Assembly: GCF_009834535.1 (NCBI RefSeq)
Contig: NC_045698.1
Coordinates: forward strand, 8,620,001 to 8,684,000
From: Camelus ferus
Taxonomy: Eukaryota
DNA length: 64,000 bases
Reading direction: 5' to 3'
Position 1 is the stretch's first letter, and each line of letters begins with the position of its first letter. Below the pieces are notes generated by a model. That model did no database searches and was not told where the DNA came from. It worked only from the letters and a program-made list of their open reading frames with translations. Of the stretch, positions 36,880 to 49,548 are shown piece by piece. Made by a program: the position numbers and the translations under genes.

Positions 36880-37310
36880 GAATGGAAAAGTACCTAGCAG
36901 GGTGATTTCACCGTGAAATGGATTTCTAGGGTTGTTCAGTGGGCAGATGTCAATCTGAAAAGCAATCTCTTAGTGATTTGCAAGTGACCTCGCCTTGTTT
37001 CGTAGTGTCAGCTGATAAATGTAAATGAAGGCACAGAAAGCATAGTATCAGGTTGGCCATGCAGAAAAGAAAGTCAAAGGATTGAAAGACAGCCTAAAGT
37101 TTCAGAACATATTTCAGGAGATGAACATAGCTGTCTGAAATTAACAAAATGAAACTCACTGCAGAGAAACATAAAGTCTTTTTCCCTTAGGTTAAAACAG
37201 TAGTATGAACAAATCCAGCTTGGGAGGTCATAGATTCTGGACAGTCACCTCCAGTGCCGGACTTGCACTGGCTGCTCCCAGTTCTTGGAAACATGAGTGT
37301 TCACAGAACC
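36880..37310 (+). mobile_element. CR1/L3 LINE remnant
   Basis: ctgaaattaacaaaatgaaactcactgcagagaaacataaagtc...ttaggttaaaa...acaaatccagcttggga resembles the CR1 ORF2 C-terminal region. Confidence 0.5.
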
Positions 37311-38352
37311 AACTGACACCGACTCCATTTGATCTGTTCAGGGAAATCTCTTTCCAGTGCCTTCAAGGGATTGAATTTCCTAACTATTACAAACTGCTGC
37401 TAATTCCATTCAGAGGTGAGCGTCAATGACGCCAGCTAACCCAATTCCCCACGTGCCCGGAAAGCAGTCTTCATCCTAGTATGGACGTGAAAATTGAGCA
37501 CCGGTTACAGTCCACTGTACCTATCAGCCCTCTGACACCACCTGGATCCTAGGGTCACTTAGTTGTGACTGTCAGCATTGCCATCGCCAGCTGCCACATA
37601 AATTCAACCCCTCTTGTCACTTTGCTTCTCATTAATTGTCACCTGCTCACAATTCTGTGTACTCCTTTGGAATGTTTGGCTTAACACAATTCATTAGTTT
37701 TAAATTTATTATTAAAATTCGGTAATTTGTACCAATTTGTAAGAGACCTCTTTTCAGAATGACCTGTATCCATTAAGTTCAAGTGTCATAATTCTCAATC
37801 TTTCCATGTGATTTGACATTGTCTTTCATTAAGCATAAATCACTCTCACTTATTTGCATTAACTATCAATATACCAAAGTCTTAGGAAGAACTAAATTTC
37901 ACCTTTAATAGATAAATTTACAGCAGCTGTTGCTCTAAATCAGGAATAATCAACCAAATTGTGCTTACTTACCTCAGTTTACTTTATTTAAAGCTAAAAT
38001 CTGTTCTTGTTCCCAGCAAAATTCAACAATAGGTAATCCATATGCCTTTTACTTAGAAACTTATTTTACACCTATTTCTTGATAAAAATTTTGTCAGAAG
38101 GTTGATTTTCCTAACTTGTTAAAAAGTTTTTCAGGCTAGACTTAACATTTTGAATCCATTGGCTTAATATACAATCTTCATTTTCCTTCCTCTATTTTTA
38201 CTGTGTTCACCTCTGTGTTTCTAAATAAGTTTCTCCACTACTGATTCTGGCTCATCCAATTTAGCTACCATTTATTGACTGCTTGTAATGGTAGTTGAGG
38301 GTTTAGTTCTCTCTTACTCAGTCACCCCTTTAGCTTCACTCTCTGGGACCGA

Positions 38353-38500
38353 CCATTCATTCATTCATTCATCAGTTCATCACATACTTACTAAATGCCA
38401 ATTCAGTGACAGTCCACGTTCTGGGTACCAAGGAAACAACAATATTTCTTCTCTTGTAGGACTGCTATTTTGGGGTGGGAGAAAGACAGCAAACACAGAA
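38353..38500 (-). mobile_element. L2 3' end
   Basis: cattcattcattcatc...tacttactaaatgcc...ttctgggtac. Confidence 0.6.
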
Positions 38501-38595
38501 ATTTATTTTTCCATATTATTTCATCAGATTGTAAGTGGTCTTTCTCTGAGGAAAAATAGAGAACGAAATGGTGTTAGGGATTTAAAGAGCACTGC

Positions 38596-38930
38596 TTTTT
38601 TTTTTTTTTCCTCTTCCCTGGAGATTTATTTGTTTGTAACAACAGCAAAGGGGACTGTATCTGTCAATTATGCCACTGTTTCTTATATATAAATATATAT
38701 ATATATATTTTATTGAAGCATAGTCAGTTTACAACGTTGTGTCAATTTCTGGTGTACAGCACAATGCTTCAGTCATACATGAACATACATATATTTGTTT
38801 TCATATTCTTTTTCACCATAAGTTACCACAAGATATTGAATATAGTTCCCCGTGCTATACAGTATAAACTTCTTGTTTATCTATTTTATATATATATTAG
38901 TTAGTATCTGCAAATCTCAAACTCCCAATT
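38596..38930 (-). mobile_element. 5'-truncated L1 3'UTR with 3'-transduced unique sequence and poly(A), flanked by TSD
   Basis: TSD tttaaagagcactgctttt (38581-38599) / tttaaatagcactactttt (38930-38948); L1 3'UTR 38709-38930; non-L1 segment 38610-38684; T14 at 38596-38609. Confidence 0.8.
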
Positions 38931-40683
38931 TTAAATAGCACTACTTTTGATTTTCTAAGTAGATAGTTGCATTGCTAACAAATCATCACAATGTGGTGTC
39001 TTGCTTTTTGAAATTTTATGCATTTTTTCTTTATTTCATTACACTAAGTTTTAATCAGTCTAAATTTTTATGATGAAGTACGATGTTCCATATAAGATTT
39101 TCCTATCAAAATGGACAAGTTGGACTGAATGCATTGGACATTTTTATAATAATAAATAAAACAATAAACATTTACACAAAAATATTTTCCTATTAGATTC
39201 TGCATTATGGGGTCCACATTTTCTGAGTCTTTTCCCCATAATTTCTCTTAGTGTAGAATGCCTCTTCTCAACTCATTCTCTCTTTCATCCAGTTTCGTTG
39301 CCTGGACCAACACCTCTGATTCTTTAGGATCCAAGCCAAAGTTATATTTTATTTTTATTTTTTTCTTTCATCAATGTGTTTCTTGACTCTTTGGAAAAAA
39401 TCCTACATTTAACAAATCAGAAATTTTAATTAATTTTTCATATAATCATTTAGGATTTTTAGCAATATGCTCCACGTACTTATATTTGTGTCCATGACAT
39501 CTCAGCATGTCCCAGCAATCAATAAACAACCTGCCTTTCCCTGTTGAGCGCAGGTAATGAGGAACTTGCACACAGCATTGAGTCTTGGCAGTGAGGGTTA
39601 CGATACTCAGGGCAATTATTTCACGTAGTTGCTGGATTTTCCACTTCAAAGTGAACAGGATTTTGAGATATGACCTTGGTTTGGGGGTCTTATTTGGTTT
39701 TTGTTTATTTGCATTTCTCTTTTGTATGTGAAAAAAAGAACTATGGATTTTCAGAGTTGAAAGAGGAAAAAAAAAGCCTGTGCATTCTCTGCTAAACACT
39801 AACTCTCTTACACTTTTTCTACAAAATTGTTTTAAAGAAACTTCGCTCTTCAAACCTTGGTCCTACCGGGTCCTGGTGAGTGACACGGAGGGGGGTGATA
39901 CTGCTTGGACAGCCCATAAGAGTGACTGCTTATGACTGACTTGTAGGGAAACTGGTTCCAGGGCTTGGCACTGGGAGGGGTTTTGTCTCAAGCAGACATT
40001 GAAGACCGTCACATCACTAACATGACCAGTGCCAGAGTAGACTCCCACTTTTTTGAAGACATTGGGGTCAGGCAACTCGTTGACAGCGCTTCTGTTTGCG
40101 AGCAAAGGGGAGTGTGTCTGTGACATCCAGACACGTAGCTGTGCCGATGTACGAGGATGCGCGTCTAACGTTATCCCTTGTCTTGGTAAGAAATACGATC
40201 CAGAGGACTGACCTCACGTGCGGATGTGTTTTTAACACCAATTCTCTGTAATTTGGAGAATCACTTTTGCAGGTTTCACCAGTATGAAATCTGAGGCTCC
40301 TGCCTTGAAATGCAGTGTGCTGCTATAGTAAACAGCATCATGGGTTACAGAGATGATTTAGGACAGAGTTGTGTTTCCCTTATATGATCCTGGGTGTTGG
40401 CTTTTCCTTTGAGCTAACAGATTTTTCCAATGAACTTGTGACAACCTGTAGATCAGTCTCCCCAAAATTAAGTTTACTGAGTGTAAACTATACCTTAATA
40501 GAAAAAATACAGTCAAATATATCTGAGAAAATGTCAATATTAACAACATATTAATAAAACTATACATTATGTATTTAGAGATTTCCTCATATTTGTTGCC
40601 TTCCTCTCTATCCCTCTTGTGTGAAATACTTTCTTACTCTTCTAATGATCAGAGTCAGCGGCCTCTGCTAGGATGTGACTCCT

Positions 40684-41135
40684 TGTAGTGGGTGGTGAAT
40701 AGTTTCCCCAGATTGTCATGTCCCCCTGGACGTTCAGAACGTGACTTTATTTGGAAACGGTGTCTTGGCAGAGGTAAACAATGCTCTTAAGATGAAGTCA
40801 GATTGGGTTAGAGTGGCCACTAAACCCAATCCTGGGGTCTTTATAAGAGCAAAGGACACACAGACACAGACGCAAGGAATAAGACCTTGGGGAGACAGAG
40901 GAAGAGATTAGAGATGCAGCCACGATCTCAGGATGGCACGGAGGCACAGGAAGCTAGGAGCGGGCGAAGTGAGATTCTCCCCTGGAACCTTCTAAAGGAG
41001 CAGAGCCCTGCTGACACCTTGTTTTCAGACTTCTGGACTCCAGAACAGTGAGAGGATATGTTTCTGATGTGTTTAAGCCCCTGCCCCCACCCAATGTGTG
41101 GTCATCTGTCATGGCAAACCCAGGAGATGAATACA
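40684..41135 (+). mobile_element. MaLR solo LTR (MLT1C-like)
   Basis: tgtagtggg...cagaacgtgactttatttggaaacggtgtcttggcagaggtaa...ccctgctgacaccttgttttcagacttctggactccagaac...gaataca. Confidence 0.85.
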
Positions 41136-42019
41136 TTTCTCTTTTCTTGCCCAAAGGACCTGGAGGACACGCTGTGACCTGGTGACCCATGCCTGTGTCC
41201 TTGGTGGAAGTGTCCCTTCTTTGAGGACCAGGACCTCTAAGGCCCCAGAGCCCAGCATCACAGGGACAGAAAGCACAAGTCCTAAAATGAGACTATCCTG
41301 TTTTTACCCCTTGATTCCTGACCCATATATTCTTCTTCTCAGAGACACAACAATATACAAAGGCCTCTGAATCAAGGTGCATGCTTTGTGCAGAGAGACA
41401 CCCGTTCTCCGGGCCTGTCACCCCTGAGCTGGCACCCCGGCTATGTCCCTAGCAGACCATTCCAGGACTATCTCTGACCAGCCACCTCCGGGTGGTGATG
41501 AATGTGAGGAGACTAGTTGATCCCATGGAAATGGACCTCTTCCTACACCTCTTTCTGCTGTAAAGCGGACCCCTAGTGGGAAGCTACGTCGTGTGGGATC
41601 GCAGGCTGCCATCACAGCACTAGCAATGCAGTGCGATCGAAGAAGTGAAGCATTTCTATGGAAATATTATTTTTAATTACTAATAATTTAAATGAAACAA
41701 TACTATTTTTATAAAACGTATGTGCTCACTAACATTGAACAGCAGGTACAAAGCGTGTATGTTATGACTTTAGCTGTCATTATGTTGCGTCTATGTTTAC
41801 TCTCCCCCCTTAATAAGGGCCCAATATTAGAAATATCATCTTTATTGTCATGATCATTATTCAACAGTTTTATCTGATTATGGTATGTGGGGGGTTCCCT
41901 AGTCTGTGCTTGTGACATGCAATTTGTTGTACCGCAAATCAGTCAACAGTTATTAAGTAACAATGGTATCGAGGGGGTGTCCTTCTAAAATATTCTATCA
42001 CTGAAGAATTTTAAAAGTT

Positions 42020-42590
42020 GAGTTAGTTATCTTTTTTCTGTTTAACAAATTGCCACAATGGTAATTCTTTATTGACCTGCTGGTTTCTGCAGGTGAGGAA
42101 TTGAAGGGGACACGGTGAGGACAGCCATCCTGTGCTCCATGCACGGAGCCTCTGCTGGAAGGTGTGAAGGCCGTGAGCTCGGACCATTTGAGTCCAGCCT
42201 GCCTGTGAATCTGGGTTTGATGCTGGCTGTTGGCTGAAACCCTAGCTGGCACCTTCAGCGGGGACACCTCCATGTGGTCTCCCCGGGTGGACTGAGCTTC
42301 CTCACAAGATAGCAGCTGCTTCCCTGTGAACGTGAGAGTGGGAACCCGAGCCAGTGAGCGGGGAAGAGTCAGAGAGCCAGGAAGGTCTGTGTTCTTTGAA
42401 TGACCTTGCCACGGAAGGTTGATGGCATCACTTCAACTGACTCCATTGGTCAGTGTGAACCAGCATCGGTCCTCCCCTCCCCCCTTCCAGTTTCACTGTC
42501 TGTGGGAAGAGTGCCTGTCCCAGTTTAAGAAGAACTGTGGGATAGGATGAAGGATGTGTGTGGCCATTTTGGAAAATAAACTGTCACCAG
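42020..42590 (-). mobile_element. Old MaLR LTR (MLT1F/G/H-like)
   Basis: tgatgctggctgttggctg...cctccatgtggtct...gagcttcctcacaagatagcagctg...ggcatcacttc...ggccattttggaaaata. Confidence 0.65.
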
Positions 42591-43139
42591 GATGAAGGAA
42601 CCCACATCAGTGTGCACTTGGTCTGCCTGATACTGTATGAGTATTTTACCCACATTTGTCATGGAATCCTGCCAGCCTCTCCATGAGACAAACACTAAGT
42701 CACTTTCCCCCCCTGTATTTAGGCAAAATCACATGTAAGGGTATAGTTGCATAAAAATATCTAATATCGCTGAATATTTTACCCTCTAAGTCTTTTACCT
42801 AAGGCTGGTAATAAGGGGGCCGCTAAGAGCCTCATCCTGCCCCAATCCCCGTTCACATCACAAGGAGGAAGACACAGTGCAAGTGTGTTCCTGACCAACC
42901 GTTACTTTTCTGTGTGACAGTGCCAATTTTATTAACTTCAATATTTGTGTACATGTTAAGTGATTGTGTTCACGATTTTTGGGGGGTAAAGAATACAGGG
43001 GTTGAATTAAAAATCACATTTATTTCAGGGATGCTACTAGATGGAAGTCTTTTTAATCTGAGTCTGATTAAAATGTTTGTTGCCTGAAGGAAATTAGTTT
43101 TTTTCTTTCACACGATTATCCTAGAATGTCTCATCTTAA

Positions 43140-43252
43140 GAGGATATTATTAATCATTTGAGTAAACTCCCTCATCTCACATCTGAAGCCTGAAGAAGAT
43201 AAGTTATTTGTCCAAGGTCACAAGTGTGAGGATGAAACATCAGACCCAAGGT
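43140..43252 (-). mobile_element. MIR fragment
   Basis: aagttatttgtccaaggtcaca...cagacccaagg. Confidence 0.5.
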
Positions 43253-43994
43253 TATGTTTTAATTAACTTATTTTTAATTTAAAAATGTTCGATGACCGGA
43301 AGTGTGCTTTAAAAATAGAATGTGGATATTGACATGCCTCCTATCACTTTCTGGATTCATCATTGAATGATGGAGGACACTTGTTGAATAACATTATCCC
43401 ACACCAGTAGAAATGATTATGCAAAATTTTAAAATGTGATAATGGCAGCAGGTTACTATGAAAATAGTATTTGCTTTAATACTATAAATTTCAGCCTGAA
43501 ATTTGATGTATCAACATTGTACTTAAAACCAGGATGCCACTGGAAGTTCTGTATCTACCAAGTCATCCAATTTTGCTGGAAAAAGGGAAGTACATACGTA
43601 CACAGATTCTAAATATTGGTGGCAGCTTTCCAGAGCTAGTTCTTCTTTTCATCTTTGATTATTAAGCCACAGTTGAATGGACATTTTCTGCATATCAGTC
43701 ACGATTTATCTTTGCAAACATAATTTTTTTCCACAAGGCAAGGAAGCTTCTAGTGGTCATTTTTATTACCCATAGCAAAAAAAAAAGTAAAATAACTACA
43801 CATTGATTGAAGTTCTGAACAACAAGCAGTATAAAAACAGTCAAATATGTATACACTTCACACACAAGAAAAAAATATCAGACACCAGGGGATTTTATTG
43901 GGACACACAACTGCATGAAAGAACAGCCTTGCAAGACTGGCATGTTATTTAAAAAATTCAAAATTAATACTAGTGATGGAAATACTCTTTATTT

Positions 43995-45177
43995 GTCTTA
44001 TTTATTTATTTTGTATAATTGACAAATAAAAATTCTGTATATTTAATGTGATGATTCAATATATGCACATGTTGTAAAATGATTACCACACTCAAGTTAA
44101 TTAACATATCCATCACCTCACACAGGTACCTTTTTCCATGTGTGGTGAACAGACTTGACGTCTACTGCCCCAGCACATTCCAAGTACACAATCCTATAAC
44201 ATTAACTATATTCACCATGTTGTACATTAGATCCACAGGACCTATTCATCTGACAAATGAAAATTCGTGCCCTTTAACCCATATCTCCCCATTTCCTCAA
44301 TGCCTCAGCCCCTGCCAACCACTGTTCTACTCTGTGGTTCTGAGTTTGGTTTTCCTAGATTTCATGTATAAGTGATATTATTCAGTATTTGTCTTTCTGT
44401 GTCTGGCTGATTTCACTGAGCATAATGTTCTTCAGGCTCATCTGTGTTTTTCAAACATGACAGGATTTCCTTTTTGTGGCTGAATAATATTCCACTGATT
44501 CCATTTTGTGTGTATGTATCACATTTTGTTTATCCATTCATCTGCTGATGGACACTTAGGTTGTTTCCATATCTTGGCTATAGTGAATAATGTTACAATG
44601 AACATGGGAGTGCAAATACCTCTTTGAGATACTGATTTCATTTCCTTTGGATGTATACACAGCAGTGGGATTGCTACATCATATGGTAGATCTATTTTCC
44701 ATTTCTTGAGGAAACTTCATAATGCTTCCTATTCTTAGTTTTTTGAGGAATCTCTGTGTTGTGTTCCATGGTGACTGCACCAGTTTACATTCCTGCAACA
44801 GTGCATGACATTTCCCTTTTCTCTACACGCCTACCTCCACTTGTCATCCCTTATCTTTTTGGTAACAGACATCTTAACGGGTATGAAGTGACGTCTCAAG
44901 GTGTGTTTGATTTGCTTTTTCTTTATGGTTATTAATGCTGAGCACCTTTTCATTTGACTGTTTTTGGAAAATATCTATTCATGTCCTTTACTCATTTTTC
45001 AATCAGGATACCTTTTCTTTTGGCCGTTGAGTTGTATGAGTTTCTTGTATATTCTGGCTATTAATCTCTTCTCAGATGTATGGCTTGCAAACATTTTTTT
45101 CCTATTTCGTAGGTTGCCTTTTAATTCTGTTGATTGTTTCCTTTGCTGTGCAGAAATTTTAGTTTGATAATGTCCCG
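43995..45177 (-). mobile_element. L1MA-type (L1MA9/10-like) 3' end and ORF2 C-terminus
   Basis: aaatgattaccacactcaagttaattaacatatccatcacctcac...tatccattcatctgctgatggacacttaggttgtttccatatcttggctat...ttgattgtttcctttgctgtgcagaa. Confidence 0.9.
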
Positions 45178-45535
45178 GAACTCTCTCTCGTAAACCTATT
45201 CAACCATATCTGATGTGGAACACAAAAGATGTAAAAGATTTTTTTCAATTCTATCTCATGATTTGTTAAAAATCAGTTTATATTATTTTAATTGAACTAT
45301 GAATAAAATCCTGGTTTTAAAAATTAGAATGGATTACCAGGGAATGCTGATATTGGCTTATGAATATTAATGTAGCAGCATAAACGGACGTCTCAGTTAG
45401 ATAGCCAGCACATAGTTAGAAAGTGTAGAATGTGTCGTTAGCATAACTACAGTGTTTAGCCCTGATATTATATAACCAATAAAGTTGAAAACTCACACTA
45501 TGTTCATGTCTAATTACCCAGAACTTCCTGGGTTT

Positions 45536-45961
45536 TGTTGTGGACTGTGCCCCCCACCACTTCAATTCATATATTGAAGCCCTAAGCCCCTTGTGATGTA
45601 TTTGGATGGTAGAGTTTTAGGGAGGTTATGGTTAAATGAGGTCATAAGGGTGGGGCCTTGATCTGATGAGACTGGTGTAAATGGAGGAGATATCAGAGAG
45701 CTCTCTCTTTCTCTCTCTCTCTCTCCCCTTCTTGCTTCTCTTGTGTCTATGCACACCTGCATCTGAACCCAAAAAAGTCATGAGAACACATAGCAAGAAA
45801 GTGTCCATCTGTAAGCCAGGAAGAGAGTTCTCACTGGAAACCGACTCCTCTGAACCGTGACCTGGGACTTCCAGCCACCTGAACTGCGACAAAATGAATT
45901 TCTGTTTTTTAAGGCACCCAGCGTGTGGTATTGTGTTATGTCAGCCCAAGGAAACTAACAC
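45536..45961 (+). mobile_element. MaLR solo LTR (MLT1A-like)
   Basis: aattcatatattgaagccctaa...aaatgaggtcataagggtggggcc...ccatctgtaagccaggaagagag...ggtattgtgttatgtcagccc. Confidence 0.85.
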
Positions 45962-47505
45962 GGCTCTCTCATCAGTCAGAATAAATGTGTTATCGCACCA
46001 ATAATTTCTCAATTATGAGGGAAATATCAGTCTTCTTTAAGTACAATTTTTCATGCTTAGAGTTTATGAATCCCATTCATATATTATGTAACAATAACTG
46101 GAAAATATGGGTGGTTGAAACAGGAAGATAAAAAGTCAATGGTGAACAGAAATAGGGTTTTGCAGCACAGTGTAGGAGAGAAGAAGTTTGGTTAAAATCG
46201 TCAGAGACTTGGAGTCGCATTTTCAACTAACAGGTAGTGAAGGGAGAGAAAAGAGGAGCTTATCGTTGAAAAACCTGCCTTTGATGCTGGAAATTCACAT
46301 TGGATGGTGCTGTTATATAGTTTATTTTTTGATGTGCTATCTGATATAGTAAATTTACTGACTTATTAACTCATCCTACTAATTCCTCCTCTGTGATCTA
46401 ATCACCTTCCATTCTCCAACAGTTTTTAAATGGATTTTTTTTTCACGTAAAATTCTTTTCAGTTTTATGGTTCTAATATACATTGATAAAAGTAGTCGCA
46501 ATAAAGTGCTTGGTGATGCAGTACCTTCCATAAGAGATTTGTGCAATCTTTACTACAGTGAACAGTAAATGATAAAAATTCACACTTACATAATGTCCAC
46601 TGGATAACTACCAAGCCACAGGCTTTTTACTAAATAAGCTGCCAAGGTCAACAGGATACTTATGTTATAAACCCATATTTAAAGTTCTTTTGTTAGTATA
46701 AAGATAATAGTTTTTAAATATTGTAATGCTAGGGTTTTGGGTTTGTTTTTTTTTTTTTTTTTGGCAAAAATGTGTCTGATTCCAGCTTATCTTTTACATC
46801 TCACTAGGAAATATTCACCAGAGAGTCATTTTCCTTTATTCGAACTTCCTGTGCTGATTGAAGCCCTGGCTCTTTTGAAATCCTCAGTGTAGAGCTTCGC
46901 TTTTTCCTGTTTAAACCAAGAAGTTTGTGTGAATTGCAAAGGCCTGACTGATGTATCAGCAGTAAGAATTATCGGGACAGAAAGTTCCTAAGAACATGTG
47001 CCATTTAGGTGCATCTGTGTTGTCTTAGGCAATTTTTTGAGAGTTCTTGATTTTACATTAAAAAAAAAAAAAAAAAAAAGCACAGAGGCCAGGGAGGGAA
47101 GGAACTGTCTTAAAGACAAGGAGGTAGTTAGTGGGACAACTCTGAGGTCCTGAACTCAAGTGAATTGCCTTTCTGCCCTCCATCTTATGAAAGCCCACAG
47201 TCTAGATAGGAAACGCTGTGGAGAAGAGCACAGAGGTCAAGCCACCAGCTGTTTTGTCTCCTAAAAGGAGAAGCATTATTGAAGTATAGAAAATTAATGT
47301 GACATTAAATTTTATATTATATATGTACTATAATGTGTATTGTAAATTACATAGAATATACAATAGATGTATTATATATTCTCTAAATCTAATAAATTTA
47401 ACTGCATATAAATATATTTATATATTATGTCTAAACGTTCTATTATATAATTATAATTTTTATCTTATTTGTATATTGTGAGGAACTCAAGCAGAATAAA
47501 GACTT

Positions 47506-47686
47506 TTTTAATTGAAGTATAGTCGATTTACAACATTGTGTTAATTTCTAGTGTACAGCATAGTGATTCATTTGTACATATATATATATAGCTGTTCATA
47601 TTATTTTTCCTTATAGGTTATTACAAGGTATTGAATATAGTTCCTTGTGCTGAACAGTAGAACCTTGTTGTTGAATCTATTTTATG
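47506..47686 (-). mobile_element. Short L1 3'UTR insertion with 12-bp TSD
   Basis: TSD gaataaagactt at 47494-47505 and 47687-47698; same 3'UTR family as the 8.1 kb and 38.7 kb copies. Confidence 0.88.
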
Positions 47687-48034
47687 GAATAAAGACTTCT
47701 TGTGTGGCATGCACCATGATACAGAGAACCAATATACATTGATCATGCAAGACATTACCTCTTCCTGGCTATAACGATCAGCATGTAATTAAACCAAATG
47801 AGACTGCTAAATCAAAGAGTTTTTATTTTTTTAAATGGCAAGTTTTTCACGTTCCTGAAAAGTTAACAATATTAAAAAAAATTATCATTCATTTTTTATA
47901 TCTTAAATTCCTCAAAAAAAAATGGTGATGAAATGAGAGACACCTGCAGTTAGCTATACAGAAGCACAAAATGTAAAAATGGAGAAGGCTGTGACTCGAG
48001 TTCCACAGCAATGACACTAAACATGATGCCATAT

Positions 48035-48192
48035 ACTTAAGTGGATTCTAGAGCCAGACCATGTAGGTGCAAATCTTGACCTCATTGGTTACTAGTAGCA
48101 TGAACTTGGATATAGTTAAGCTCTCTTTGTCTCAGAAAAGGAGGATTATAATTGTACCTGTCTCTCAGGGTTTTGTGAAGATGAATCAGTTT
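48035..48192 (+). mobile_element. MIR SINE
   Basis: ggattctagagccagac...caaatcttgacctc...ttactag...ataattgtacctgtctctcagggttttgtgaagatgaa. Confidence 0.75.
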
Positions 48193-48235
48193 ACACACAC
48201 ACAGACACACAGACACACACACAGACACACACACA

Positions 48236-48276
<41 letters not shown>
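48193..48276. repeat. Compound (CA)n microsatellite with GA interruptions
   Basis: Read directly. Confidence 0.97.
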
Positions 48277-48279
<3 letters not shown>

Positions 48280-48285
48280 ATAGTG

Positions 48286-49143
48286 CTGTGGCAATCCTGA
48301 AACCATTGCTCTCACTGCCCCAACAAGAAACACCACAGACTGGGTGACTTAAACAACAGAAATTTATTTCTCACAGTTTTGATACCTGGAATTCCACCAT
48401 CAAGGTGAGGTGGGAAGCCCAGGCAGGGCCACTACTTTCCTGCCAGCACCATCCAGTTCCCTGGCCCAGTGGCATTATCTCACTTTTTAAACTCTGGAAC
48501 TGCTTACTTCTAGGAAAGCAAAACTTACCCCTAAGATTCTATTGGTTCCCTGAGCTAACTCTTCATTGGTCCATTTGTAATGCTTCATTTGCATGGAGCT
48601 CACTCCTGATTGGTCCATTTCTACAAAGCTTATTCCTAATTAGTCACCTTTGTTATACCTTATTTGCAAATGATGTTGCAAAATGTTGCAAAGTCTAGAC
48701 TGGTAGCCTATAAAAGCCTGTGTAAACCTACAGACGGGGTCCAGAGCTTGGAATGTTAACTCCTCTGGGCCTGCTGATGTAATAAACCTGAGTTCTCCAA
48801 CCCTCCAAGTGCTGCTAGGTCTCTCGCCCGAATCCAGGTTGCTGTAACACTGAGCTATAACACTGAGCTGTAACACACTTGGCTGCAACAAAAGTGTCCT
48901 CAACTTTGGTTTCTCCCACCTTCTTGCTGAGTCCTCACATGACTTTTCCTCTGGGCACGTGCATCCATGGTGTGTCTTCTTTTTATAAAGACACTGGTTG
49001 CATGGGAAGAGGGCTCTATCCTAATGGCCTCACCCTGACTCAGTCACCCCTTTAATGGCCCTATCTCCAAATATTACATTCTAAGGTCCTGGGGGTTGCG
49101 ACTTCAACAGGAATTGAGGGTAGACACAATTCAGCCCATAACC
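48286..49143 (-). mobile_element. MaLR LTR (MLT1B-like) split by an ERV1-type LTR
   Basis: caccacagactgggtgacttaaacaacagaaatttatttctcacagtt...catcaagg | tgtc...ggccctatctccaaata...gacacaattcagcccataac. Confidence 0.85.
48406..48890 (+). mobile_element. ERV1-class solo LTR (485 bp)
   Basis: TG...CA ends; 4-bp flanks aagg/aaag; TATAAAA 48709-48715; AATAAA 48781-48786; 13-bp repeats gctgtaacactga in U5; precisely interrupts the MLT1 consensus. Confidence 0.85.
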
Positions 49144-49159
49144 AGCCTCTGGAACCTTC

Positions 49160-49548
49160 TACCTTGTGGAATGTAACTGGCCAAAGGCCCATCAGCTGCT
49201 CTCTGAGATCCACAATGCCCTTACTCTAGGCCACACCCCTCACCAGCAGCTTCTCCTGGCCATTGGCCAAGCCTGACAGAAATACCGAAGGCTGTGGCTT
49301 CAAGACTTGAGCACTCCCCTTGGCTTTATAGAAATTTTCTTAGAACTGCACTCCCGGCCGCATTCTCAGTTCTCTGTCTCCTCCTCCATCCCTTCCTTCC
49401 TTTCTTCCCAGGGGCCAGCCCAGCATCACTGAGAGCTCTCCCAACCCTCCCCAGCTCCCTTCCCATGTTCCTGTATGGATTCCACCTCTAGTAAATCTCT
49501 TTCATGTCTGAATCCATTTTGCTTCTCAGAGGACCTGGATCAACTCAG
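49160..49548 (+). mobile_element. ERVL LTR (LTR16-like) fragment
   Basis: 3' end agtaaatctctttcatgtctgaatccattttgcttctcagaggacctggatcaac. Confidence 0.55.

Noticed and set aside
48841..48876. Short direct repeats as CRISPR-like arrays (also 53101-53136, 59480-59531)
   Set aside because: Mammalian DNA; tandem copies without unique spacers; LTR U5 repeats or slippage duplications.
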